A stretch of 51,533 bases of DNA from Atribacterota bacterium. GTDB lineage: Bacteria > Atribacterota > Phoenicimicrobiia > Phoenicimicrobiales > Phoenicimicrobiaceae. The stretch is taken from NCBI GenBank assembly GCA_038203565.1, contig JBBRDV010000004.1, positions 1 through 51,533 on the forward strand. The letters are read 5' to 3'. The translations under genes were made by a program, and so were the position numbers. Under the pieces are notes generated by a model. That model searched no databases. It had not been told where the DNA came from and saw only the letters and a list, made by a program, of their open reading frames with translations. Shown in pieces: positions 38,451-47,581 of the stretch. Each line of letters starts with the position of its first letter. Within the stretch, counting starts at the first letter, position 1.

Positions 38451-39449
38451 ATGAAATTAAACAAAAATATAAACCAAAAAAATAGTATATTTAAAAGTTG
38501 GCTGGTTATTTTAATAGCAATTTTATTTATAGTGTTACCTTTTATAATAAATGCTTATTGGGTAGATGTCTTATTTTTCTTTGGCATCTATGCTCTTTTG
38601 GGGCTTAGTTTAAATATTGTTTTAGGAGAAGTGGGGCTTTTTGATTTAGGGCATATGGGATTTATGGCTATTGGTGCATACACCACGGCAATTCTTAATA
38701 CATATTTTGGTATTCCTATAATGATATTATTACCAATAAGTGCGATTGCAGCAGGCGCTTTTGCCTGGTTAGTCTGTGCTCCGATCATCCATTTAAGAGG
38801 AGATTACCTATGTATTGTAACCATCGGAATGGGTGAAATCATCCGGCTTACTTTAAATAACAATCCATTCGGAATAACTGGTGGTCCAAATGGAGTCTTC
38901 GGAATTGATTTTCCTTCGTTGGGTAGTATCTTTGTAGTTGATAATTCTACTAAATTTTATTATTACATCTGGTTAATAGTCGGCCTGACCATCATCGGGT
39001 TAGTTAATTTGCAGCGTTCACGTATAGGTAGAGCCTGGAACTGTATCCGAGAAGATGAAATTGCTGCGGAGGCTACCGGGATTGATGTTAGGTATTATAA
39101 GTTATTGGCTTTTGTTTTAGGAGCGGGTTTAGCCGGGGTAGCCGGTAATGTTTATGCTACTAAATTAATGATGGTATCTCCGGAGAGTTTTAACTTTATG
39201 GAGTCCTGTTTGCTCTTCTCTATCGTATTAATCGGAGGAATGGGTTCCATCCCCGGAGTGTTAATTGGCTCTGCTGCCATCAGCCTTTTCCCAGAATTCT
39301 TCCGAACTTTTGCCCAATACCGAATGCTAATTTTTGGAGCAGCAATGGTGGCTATGATGATATTTAGACCTGGTGGTATTTGGCCCAGAAAGAGGGGGGC
39401 TGCCGAATTCAAATCACTTTTGATGAAAGCAGGAGAAGAAAATGGCTAA
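38451..39449 (+). CDS. livM: LIV-type ABC permease
   Basis: LRGDYL..VT.G.GEI and GRAW..IREDE motifs. Confidence 0.92.
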   Translation: MKLNKNINQKNSIFKSWLVILIAILFIVLPFIINAYWVDVLFFFGIYALLGLSLNIVLGEVGLFDLGHMGFMAIGAYTTAILNTYFGIPIMILLPISAIAAGAFAWLVCAPIIHLRGDYLCIVTIGMGEIIRLTLNNNPFGITGGPNGVFGIDFPSLGSIFVVDNSTKFYYYIWLIVGLTIIGLVNLQRSRIGRAWNCIREDEIAAEATGIDVRYYKLLAFVLGAGLAGVAGNVYATKLMMVSPESFNFMESCLLFSIVLIGGMGSIPGVLIGSAAISLFPEFFRTFAQYRMLIFGAAMVAMMIFRPGGIWPRKRGAAEFKSLLMKAGEENG

Positions 39450-40290
39450 AAACAATAATAGTATAGAAACAATGATAAGAACCAAGCAAGAAAATGAAGA
39501 AATAAATAAAATTAATAAAGTTGTTTTTCAAACCGATAAACTTACCAAAAAATTCGGCGGATTAATTGCAGTAAACAATTTTGACCTTAAAGTGAGTCAA
39601 GGGCAAATAAGCAGTCTGATAGGCCCTAATGGAGCAGGAAAAACTACCGTGTTTAATGTAGTTACCGGCATATACAAAGCTGATGGTGGAAAAGTTGTTT
39701 TTAAAGGAGAAGACCTTGCCGGTAAAAAACCTCATCAGATTATAAAAAAGGGGATTGCACGGACTTTTCAAAATATCCGACTTTTTTCTAATATGACCTG
39801 TCTGGAAAATGTTATGGCCGGCCAGCACTGCCGCAGCAGGGAAGGAACCTGGTCTTCTGTTTTACAAACTCCCGGGCAAAGAAAAGAAGAATTGGAAATT
39901 AAGAAAAATGCTGAAGATCGTCTTAAACAGGTCGGATTATGGAAATATCAAGATGAATTAGCAAAAAATATTGCCTATGGTAATCAGAGAATGTTAGAAA
40001 TAGGCCGAGCTTTAGCCTCTAATCCTGATTTATTAATTTTAGACGAACCAAGCAGCGGCCTAAATGATAAAGAATCTGAAGACCTGATAATATTTTTAAA
40101 ATCCTTATTAAAGGAAGATTTAACTATTTTGCTTATCGAACACGATATGAATGTAGTAATGGGAATTTCTCATTGGGTTACAGTAATGGATGAAGGTAAA
40201 AAAATTGCTGAGGGTTTGCCCGAAGATGTATATAATAATCCTCAAGTAATTGAAGCTTACTTAGGCAAAGACGAAGAGGAGGAGGAATAG
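39442..40290 (+). CDS. livG: LIV-type ABC ATP-binding protein
   Basis: GPNGAGKTT, ARTFQNIRLF, LDEP, IEHDM and EAYLG motifs. Confidence 0.93.
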   Translation: MAKNNNSIETMIRTKQENEEINKINKVVFQTDKLTKKFGGLIAVNNFDLKVSQGQISSLIGPNGAGKTTVFNVVTGIYKADGGKVVFKGEDLAGKKPHQIIKKGIARTFQNIRLFSNMTCLENVMAGQHCRSREGTWSSVLQTPGQRKEELEIKKNAEDRLKQVGLWKYQDELAKNIAYGNQRMLEIGRALASNPDLLILDEPSSGLNDKESEDLIIFLKSLLKEDLTILLIEHDMNVVMGISHWVTVMDEGKKIAEGLPEDVYNNPQVIEAYLGKDEEEEE

Positions 40291-40294
40291 TAAT

Positions 40295-41032
40295 ATGACT
40301 ATATTGTTGAAAGTAGAAGATTTAAAAATATTTTATGGTTTTATTGAAGCTCTTAAAGGAATTTCACTTACAGTTGACGAAGGTGAAATAGTTACCGTAT
40401 TGGGGGCAAATGGAGCAGGAAAAAGCACTCTTTTAAGGGCTATCTCCGGGTTATTGCCCATCCGCAGCGGAAAAATTAAGTTAAATGATCAAGAACTTAA
40501 CCATGTTAAGGCGTTTAAAATAGTTATGGGGGGTATTTCGCACGTACCCGAGGGTCGAAAAGTATTTACTACTCTTACAGTCGATGAAAATCTTAACTTG
40601 GGTGCATATACTCGAAGAAAAGACAAAAAGAATATTAAAGAGTCCAAAGAAAGGGTTTATGATTTATTTCCTATTCTTAAAGCGCGACGTAATCAATTAT
40701 CCGGAACATTATCAGGTGGAGAACAGCAAATGTTAGCAATGGGAAGAGGTTTAATGAGCACCCCCCGTATTTTACTTCTGGATGAACCTTCTCTGGGATT
40801 GGCTCCCTTATTAGTAAAACAAATTTTCCAAATTATCCGTGAAATTAATAATCAGGGTATATCCATATTATTAGTAGAACAAAATGCTCGCAAAGCATTA
40901 AGTATCGCTGACAGGGGATATGTGCTGGAAACCGGGAATATTACTATTGGCGGGCTGGCTTCTGATTTAAAGAGTAATAAAAAAGTCCAGGAGGCCTACC
41001 TGGGAGGCGCTGCTCTTAAGAAGAGAAAGTAA
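40295..41032 (+). CDS. livF: LIV-type ABC ATP-binding protein
   Basis: GANGAGKST, VPEGR, LSGGEQQM and LDEPSLGLAP motifs. Confidence 0.94.
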   Translation: MTILLKVEDLKIFYGFIEALKGISLTVDEGEIVTVLGANGAGKSTLLRAISGLLPIRSGKIKLNDQELNHVKAFKIVMGGISHVPEGRKVFTTLTVDENLNLGAYTRRKDKKNIKESKERVYDLFPILKARRNQLSGTLSGGEQQMLAMGRGLMSTPRILLLDEPSLGLAPLLVKQIFQIIREINNQGISILLVEQNARKALSIADRGYVLETGNITIGGLASDLKSNKKVQEAYLGGAALKKRK

Positions 41033-41158
41033 TTTAGTCGTTAGTGAATAGCCTGTCTGCCCCTCAGCTATTTACTAATAACCTTTTTCTACTTGGTAAT
41101 ATTTTGTGTCTCCCGTTTTCTATTTCTCCACTCAATATACCATAGGAATATAAAATTA

Positions 41159-41187
41159 TTGAAAAATGTTGCTATTTTTGATATATT
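41159..41187 (+). promoter_or_regulatory. Putative sigma70 promoter of phoU and downstream genes
   Basis: TTGAAA-N17-TATATT with a TG extension. Confidence 0.5.
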
Positions 41188-41198
41188 AAGCATAAGCT

Positions 41199-41290
41199 AA
41201 ATTAGTATCGCGTGAATGATGAATCGTATCTCGTTTGGATAAATGGAATTTTTCTCTTACGAGATACGAGATACGAGATACTAGATACGA
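41199..41290. repeat. 7-mer tandem repeats with inverted partner
   Basis: TCGTATCTCGT (41224) faces ACGAGAT x3 and ACTAGAT (41259-41286). AAATTAGTATCGCGT is identical to 24202-24216. Confidence 0.8.
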
Positions 41291-41314
41291 ATATAATATA
41301 GGGGACAAAAAATT

Positions 41315-42001
41315 ATGATTAAAAAAGAGAGAAAATTATATTTTGCTAACGAACTTACCGCTTTAAGGGAAAGTCTGACAAAGATGGCATATTTAGTCGA
41401 AGAAGCAATTGATATGTCTATAAAGTCTTTAGTTGAACAGGATTTGGATTTAGCGGCAAAGGTAATTGAAAATGATGATATAATTGATAAAATGGAATTA
41501 GATATCGAAGAACAGTGTTTGCAATTGATTGCTTTACGTCATCCCATTGCCAAAAATTTAAGGATAATCGGCTGTGGCTATAAGACCGTATCTGATTTAG
41601 AAAGGGTAGCAGATCATGCCGTAAGCATAGCTAAGGCTAGTCAATATCTATCAACCAAATCAATGGTAAAACCCCTAATAGATATTCCCCGAATGGCTGA
41701 AATTGCCCAAAATATGTTGAAAGATAGCTTAAATGCCTATTTCAACGGAGATGTAGAGTCAGCCAAGGAAGTATGGGCAAGAGATAAGACGGTTGACGAT
41801 TTGGATAATCAAATATTGCGTGAACTCTTAACTTTCATGATGGAAGACCCACATACTATCAGCAGGGCGATTCATTTGATTTTTGTTTCTAATAATATTG
41901 AACGGATTGCTGACCATGCTACAAATTTAGCTGAGCGAGTAGTGTATATAGTTGATGGAGAAAGAATGAAAAATTATTTTAAAAACGATAAAGAAACATA
42001 G
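41315..42001 (+). CDS. phoU: Phosphate signalling protein PhoU
   Basis: P.AKNLR, DLERVADHA and IERIADHATNLAE motifs. Confidence 0.95.
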   Translation: MIKKERKLYFANELTALRESLTKMAYLVEEAIDMSIKSLVEQDLDLAAKVIENDDIIDKMELDIEEQCLQLIALRHPIAKNLRIIGCGYKTVSDLERVADHAVSIAKASQYLSTKSMVKPLIDIPRMAEIAQNMLKDSLNAYFNGDVESAKEVWARDKTVDDLDNQILRELLTFMMEDPHTISRAIHLIFVSNNIERIADHATNLAERVVYIVDGERMKNYFKNDKET

Positions 42002-42089
42002 AGTATAAGACTTTAAGATTAATTGAATGAGTGTTTATATTTTTTAGTTGAATAATCAATAAACAATAAATAAAAAAAGGTTATAGCTT

Positions 42090-42776
42090 GTGGAAACAAT
42101 CAAAAATAATTTAGAGATAATAAACGAAAAAATAAAAAAAGCAGCCTTAAAGGCGAATAGAAACCCCGAAGAAATAAAATTGGTGGCGGTAACTAAAACT
42201 GCTACCATAGAGCAAATAAAAGAAGCTATAAATGCTGGGGTAAAAATAATCGGCGAAAATAAAGTTCAGGAAGCTAAAGAAAAATATCAAATTTTGACTG
42301 CCGATACAGAGTGGCATTTAGTAGGACACCTGCAGACTAATAAGGTAAAATACGCTATAGAAATATTTGATTGTATTCAAACTGTAGATAGTATAAAATT
42401 AGCCAAAGAAATAGATAAACGTTCTTTGCAATTTGGGAAGACAACGAATGTTCTAGTTGAGGTGAATGTTTCCGGGGAAGAAAGCAAATACGGAATTAAA
42501 CCGGAAGAAGTAGAACCTTTTCTAAAAGAAATATCTGAATTTTCCAGAATAAGAGTTAGAGGTTTAATGACTATTGCGCCAATAGAAGAAGATAAAGAAA
42601 AAGTTCGTCCATATTTTAGGAAACTCAGGGAATTATCTAAAGAAATAAAGAGTAAAAATATAAAGAACCTTAAAATGGACTATCTTTCCATGGGGATGAC
42701 TGATGATTTTGAGGTAGCTATAGAAGAAGGCGCTAATATGGTTAGAATCGGCAGAGGAATATTCGGGTTTCATTAA
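42090..42776 (+). CDS. yggS: PLP homeostasis protein YggS
   Basis: LVAVTK, GENKVQE, GHLQTNK, LSMGMTDD and VRIG motifs. Confidence 0.96.
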   Translation: METIKNNLEIINEKIKKAALKANRNPEEIKLVAVTKTATIEQIKEAINAGVKIIGENKVQEAKEKYQILTADTEWHLVGHLQTNKVKYAIEIFDCIQTVDSIKLAKEIDKRSLQFGKTTNVLVEVNVSGEESKYGIKPEEVEPFLKEISEFSRIRVRGLMTIAPIEEDKEKVRPYFRKLRELSKEIKSKNIKNLKMDYLSMGMTDDFEVAIEEGANMVRIGRGIFGFH

Positions 42777-42831
42777 CCACTAATTTAAATTGCCTGTATA
42801 AAATGATAAAAGAGGAAGTAAAATATTATCT

Positions 42832-43101
42832 ATGCTTTTACTGTTGCAAATAATTAATATAGTTTTCAGACTTTACGGTTATTTAATTTTAGCAAGAATA
42901 TTTTTAACCTGGATGCCTATAGATTCCTACAACCCGGTGGTTCGGTTTATCTATAGAGTTACCGAACCGGTTTTGGCGCCCTTTAGGATTATATTGCCTT
43001 TAGGGGGTATGGGGTTAGATCTTTCACCGATAATTGTCTTTTTTTTACTAAACGTGCTGCAAAGAGCACTAATTAATATACTTGTTAGTATAGCTTTTTA
43101 A
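42832..43101 (+). CDS. yggT: YggT/YlmG family membrane protein
   Basis: TEPVLAPFR...LDLSPI. Confidence 0.92.
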   Translation: MLLLLQIINIVFRLYGYLILARIFLTWMPIDSYNPVVRFIYRVTEPVLAPFRIILPLGGMGLDLSPIIVFFLLNVLQRALINILVSIAF

Positions 43102-43149
43102 TGTATATAAAAAAATTAACTGAAATATTAAATGAGGGGGGATAATTGA

Positions 43150-43749
43150 ATGAGAATTACACCAATGGATATCGAACAGCAAGAATTTTCTAGGTCATTC
43201 AGAGGTTATAACGAAGAAGAGGTAGATGATTTTTTAGATAAGATAGTAAAAGACTACGAAGAATTAATCAATGAAAACGTAAGACTTAATGAAGAAATAG
43301 AAAAAACACAAGAAAAATTAAAAGAATTTGGAGAGATTGAAGAAACTTTGAGGAGCGCCTTAGTAAATACCCAAAAATCTGCCGAAGAGATTAAGAGCAG
43401 GGTAGAAAAGGAAGCAAAGGTAATCATAGAAAAAGCAGAGATGGAAGCTATGGCATTAAAACAGCAGGTCTTTCAAAAAGAAGATTTGTTAAAAAACGAA
43501 GTTGATAACTTGCGAAGATATAAATTTACATTTAAAGAAAAATTTAAATCAATGTTGAATTTATACCTAAAAATGATTGAAAATGAGGATTTTGGGGAAG
43601 AAGGAAATTACGAGTTTAAAGAGAATGAAATGTCTAAAGAAAAAACAAAGAATAAAGTTTCCGGAGAGAAAACGGGTAAATTAGAAGGATTAGGCATAGA
43701 AGAAAATTTTAAAATCAAAGAAACAGAAGATGAGCAACGATATCAATGA
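43150..43749 (+). CDS. divIVA: DivIVA family protein
   Basis: ITPMDI...FRGYNEEEVDDFLD followed by a coiled coil. Confidence 0.92.
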   Translation: MRITPMDIEQQEFSRSFRGYNEEEVDDFLDKIVKDYEELINENVRLNEEIEKTQEKLKEFGEIEETLRSALVNTQKSAEEIKSRVEKEAKVIIEKAEMEAMALKQQVFQKEDLLKNEVDNLRRYKFTFKEKFKSMLNLYLKMIENEDFGEEGNYEFKENEMSKEKTKNKVSGEKTGKLEGLGIEENFKIKETEDEQRYQ

Positions 43750-44038
43750 TTATTTTAAAATTACGGGGAATGATATCGTAATCAAGGTAAAAATTGTCCC
43801 CGGTTCATCCAAGAATAAAATTGTTGGAGTACATAATAACGCTATAAAGATTACCATTACCGCCCCGCCGGTCGAAGGTAAAGCCAATAAAAAATGTATT
43901 GCCTATTTATCTAAATATTTCGATGTAGCGAAATCAAAAATTGAAATAATTTCGGGGAAAAGCAGTAAAAATAAGCTTATTAAGATTTACGATATCAATC
44001 AAAGTAAATTTTTAGATAAAATAGAAAAAATTAGTTAA
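43730..44038 (+). CDS. yggU: DUF167 / YggU family protein
   Basis: APPVEGKAN...IISG.SSKNK. Confidence 0.9.
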   Translation: MSNDINDYFKITGNDIVIKVKIVPGSSKNKIVGVHNNAIKITITAPPVEGKANKKCIAYLSKYFDVAKSKIEIISGKSSKNKLIKIYDINQSKFLDKIEKIS

Positions 44039-44043
44039 GAATT

Positions 44044-44082
44044 CCCCCTCACCCTAACCTTCTCCCTCCGAGGGGAGAGGGA
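44044..44082 (+). repeat. BoxC-like pyrimidine/purine palindromic repeat
   Basis: CCCCCTCACCCTAACCTTCTCCC-TCCGAG-GGGAGAGGGA. Confidence 0.65.
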
Positions 44083-44235
44083 ATAGGAAATCTAAATCTT
44101 CTCTTACCAAGCAAGAGATTTGTCTTGATAACCAACTAACTAATTCTTAACGAGATACGATTTACCTTGTCCTTTTATCAGGCAAGAGGTTTTTTGTTAT
44201 ATTATATAAATTATAAAGCACGAGGAGAGATTCAA

Positions 44236-47046
44236 ATGGAATACAAAGACACTTTAAATTTACCGAAAACAAAATTTAAAATGAAAGCAAACTTAGCTCA
44301 GGAAGAGCCTAAATTGTTAGAATTTTGGAAAGAACAGGAGACATACAAGAAAGTATTGGAAAAAAAGAAAAACCTGAAAAAATACATTTTGCACGATGGA
44401 CCTCCCTATGCTAATGGTAATATCCACATCGGCACTGCTTATAATAAGATATTAAAAGATATAATCCCCAAGTACAAATCGATGAAAGGTTATAATTCCC
44501 GCTATGTTCCCGGATGGGATACCCATGGCTTGCCTATAGAGTTTCAGGTTACCAAAGATATGAAAGTTGGCTTAAGCGAGGTAGACCCGGTTGAGCTAAG
44601 GAAGAAGTGTACAGAGTATGCCAAATATTATATCAAGGTGCAAAGAGAAGAATTTAAACGATTAGGGGTAATGGGAGAATGGGAAAACCCTTATCTAACC
44701 CTTAACCCGGATTATGAAGCAGAACAGATAGAAATATTTAAAAAGATGTTTTCCAAAGGATATATCTACAAAGGATTGAAACCGGTATATTGGTGTGCTC
44801 ATTGTGAAACAGCTTTAGCAGCAGCTGAGATAGAATATCACGACAAAGAATCTTCCTCCATATATGTTAAATTTATAGTAAAAGATAGTTTAGCGGAAAT
44901 ATTCCCGGATAGTAAATCAGGGGAAAATTACGCGGTTATCTGGACTACTACCCCCTGGACTATTCCCGGCAACATGGCGGTTGCTCTTAATCCGGATATT
45001 GAATATAGTTTAGTTAAAACAGAAAAGGGGAATCTCTTATTAGCCTCCGCTCTGGTAGAAAAAGTAATGAAGGAAATTAAAATGGTTGATTATAAGATTA
45101 TCGGAAAAGCAAAAGGTAAATTATTTGAGGGTTTAAAGTGTAAACATCCTATTTTTGATAGAGATTCACTAATGATATTAGGAGACCACGTTTTATTGGA
45201 TGAAGGGAGCGGTTGTGTACACACTGCACCGGGACACGGACAGGAGGATTATGAGATAGGAGTAAAATATAAAATTCCTATATTTACTACCCTTGATAAC
45301 CAGGGAAAATTTAACCAGGAAGGTGGAAAGTTTAAAGGATTAACTTATCAAGAAGGAAATATTGCAATAATAGAAGAGTTAAATAAAAATGGTGCTTTAT
45401 TGAAGGTCGGCAAAATAATGCATTCTTATCCCCACTGCTGGCGCTGCAAAAAACCGGTAGTATTTCGGGCGACCGAGCAATGGTTTGTTCACATCGAAGC
45501 CTTTCGTGATTTAGCCCTAAAAGAAATAGAAAGGGTTCAATTTATTCCTGCCTGGGGTAAGGAAAAAATATATGGTATGGTAGAGAGCAGAACCGACTGG
45601 TGCATTTCCCGTCAAAGGGTATGGGGAGTACCCCTCCCGGTTTTCTACTGTAAAGGATGCGGGGAAATTATAGTAAATGAAGAAACCATAAATTCGGTTA
45701 AAAAACTCTTCCTGGAAAAAGGGTCAGATTCCTGGTTTGCCCTGTCTGCCCAAGAGATTCTACCCAAGGATTTTAAGTGCCCTCACTGCCAGGGTAAAGA
45801 TTTTGAGAAAGAGAAGGATATAATGGATGTATGGTTTGACTCCGGATGCAGTCATGCGGCAGTGCTTAAGAAGAGAGAGGAACTCCACTGGCCGGCAGAA
45901 ATGTATTTAGAGGGAACAGACCAGCATAGAGGCTGGTTCCAAACCTCACTACTGACTTCGGTAGCTGCTTTTGGAAAGGCACCTTATAAAACTGTTCTAA
46001 CTCATGGTTTCATTGTCGATGCAGAAGGCAGGAAAATGTCCAAATCTATAGGCAATGTTATTGCCCCTCAGGAGATTATTGAAAAATATGGAGCAGATAT
46101 ATTGAGATTATGGGTGGCCTCTTCTGACTACCGGACAGATATCAGGATATCTTCCAAGATATTAGATCAATTAGTGGAAATATATCGAAGGATTAGAAAT
46201 ACCGCCAGGTTTATCCTGGGAAATTTATCAGACTTTAATCCTGATACAGATGTGGTTTCTTATGATAAACTTAACGAATTAGACAGGTTGGTCTTGAGTA
46301 ATTTTCAAAGTTTGGTAAAAAGAGTAAATGAAAGCTATGATAAGTTTGAATTTCATTCCCTTTATCATGAAATTCATAACTTCTGTGCTATCGATTTGAG
46401 TTCATTTTATCTGGATATAATTAAGGATAGGCTTTACACCGCATTTACCGATTCCGAAGAGCGCCGGGCAGCTCAAACAGTATTGTATCAGATAATAAAT
46501 GATTTAGTTAAACTGATTGCACCGGTATTAAGTTTTACCGCGGAGGAAATATGGCAACACTTAAGAGAGATTGAAAAAGGCGAAGAAAGCGTTTTTCTCA
46601 CTTCCTGGCCGGAAGTAAATGAAAATTATAGAGATAGAAATTTAGAAAAAAAATGGGATAACCTCTTAAAAATCAGAAAAGATGTTTTAAAAGCACTGGA
46701 AGTAAAAAGAGGGGAAGGCTTTATCGGTAATTCCTTAGAGGCGCAGATAAATATTTATACCGAAGATAAAGAAGTTTATAATTATTTAATCTCCTTTAAG
46801 GATCAGCTGGAAACCATATTTATCGTTTCTAAAACCGATATAGTTCAAGGAGAAGGAGAAAAAGGACTTTCTTCTGGTGCCTATGCGGGTGTTGAATTTC
46901 CAGATATTAAAGTACTGGTAACCAGGGCGCCAGGCAAGAAGTGTGAAAGATGCTGGTGTTACAGTGAGACAGTAGGAGAAGACCAGAAATACCCGACTAT
47001 TTGTGAAAAATGTGCTAAAGTAATGCATGAACATTTCGAGGAGTAA
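44236..47046 (+). CDS. ileS: Isoleucine--tRNA ligase (type 1)
   Basis: HDGPPYANG, GWDTHGLP, WTTTPWT, KMSKS and a C-terminal Zn finger. ATG at 44236 follows GAGGAG. Confidence 0.97.
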   Translation: MEYKDTLNLPKTKFKMKANLAQEEPKLLEFWKEQETYKKVLEKKKNLKKYILHDGPPYANGNIHIGTAYNKILKDIIPKYKSMKGYNSRYVPGWDTHGLPIEFQVTKDMKVGLSEVDPVELRKKCTEYAKYYIKVQREEFKRLGVMGEWENPYLTLNPDYEAEQIEIFKKMFSKGYIYKGLKPVYWCAHCETALAAAEIEYHDKESSSIYVKFIVKDSLAEIFPDSKSGENYAVIWTTTPWTIPGNMAVALNPDIEYSLVKTEKGNLLLASALVEKVMKEIKMVDYKIIGKAKGKLFEGLKCKHPIFDRDSLMILGDHVLLDEGSGCVHTAPGHGQEDYEIGVKYKIPIFTTLDNQGKFNQEGGKFKGLTYQEGNIAIIEELNKNGALLKVGKIMHSYPHCWRCKKPVVFRATEQWFVHIEAFRDLALKEIERVQFIPAWGKEKIYGMVESRTDWCISRQRVWGVPLPVFYCKGCGEIIVNEETINSVKKLFLEKGSDSWFALSAQEILPKDFKCPHCQGKDFEKEKDIMDVWFDSGCSHAAVLKKREELHWPAEMYLEGTDQHRGWFQTSLLTSVAAFGKAPYKTVLTHGFIVDAEGRKMSKSIGNVIAPQEIIEKYGADILRLWVASSDYRTDIRISSKILDQLVEIYRRIRNTARFILGNLSDFNPDTDVVSYDKLNELDRLVLSNFQSLVKRVNESYDKFEFHSLYHEIHNFCAIDLSSFYLDIIKDRLYTAFTDSEERRAAQTVLYQIINDLVKLIAPVLSFTAEEIWQHLREIEKGEESVFLTSWPEVNENYRDRNLEKKWDNLLKIRKDVLKALEVKRGEGFIGNSLEAQINIYTEDKEVYNYLISFKDQLETIFIVSKTDIVQGEGEKGLSSGAYAGVEFPDIKVLVTRAPGKKCERCWCYSETVGEDQKYPTICEKCAKVMHEHFEE

Positions 47047-47575
47047 AAGAAATAGCATGGGATATATTAGTTTTGCCATATTTGTGATATTATTTGATCA
47101 GGCGAGCAAGCTTTTCATTCAATATAAAATGAAGATCGGGGAATCTATACCGGTGATTAAGGGGATATTTCATATAACTTATATAGAGAATCCCCGAACC
47201 TCCTTTGGTTTTTTTGAATATAATACCTCGTTCTTTATAATAGCGACGTTGATTTCAGTAATTTTAGTGATTTTAATCTACAAAAAAATAATTTTCAAAA
47301 AAGACCCTTTTATGTACATTCCTTTAACACTTGTCCTGGGCGGTACAGTAGGCAATCTGATTGATCGGGCGAGAATTGATGGAAAAGTAATAGATTTTAT
47401 AGATTTTAGAATCTGGCCGGTTTTTAATTTTGCCGACTCAGCGCTTGTATGTGGAATGTTAGTATTATTGATTCATGTTTTGTTCCGTGCTCCGGAAAAA
47501 GAAAACGAAGGAGAAGGGGAAAAAAGGGAAAAATGGGAAGAAGAGGAAAAATATAAAGAACAAGATAAGGAGTAA
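47027..47575 (+). CDS. lspA: Lipoprotein signal peptidase II
   Basis: DQASK, GNLIDR, VIDFI and FNFADS motifs (alternative start at 47057). Confidence 0.93.
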   Translation: MNISRSKRNSMGYISFAIFVILFDQASKLFIQYKMKIGESIPVIKGIFHITYIENPRTSFGFFEYNTSFFIIATLISVILVILIYKKIIFKKDPFMYIPLTLVLGGTVGNLIDRARIDGKVIDFIDFRIWPVFNFADSALVCGMLVLLIHVLFRAPEKENEGEGEKREKWEEEEKYKEQDKE

Positions 47576-47581
47576 ATTTTA

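Noticed and set aside
9897-44160. Short repeat arrays as CRISPR
   Set aside because: Units are 7-8 nt in tandem with no unique spacers, and no cas genes are present.
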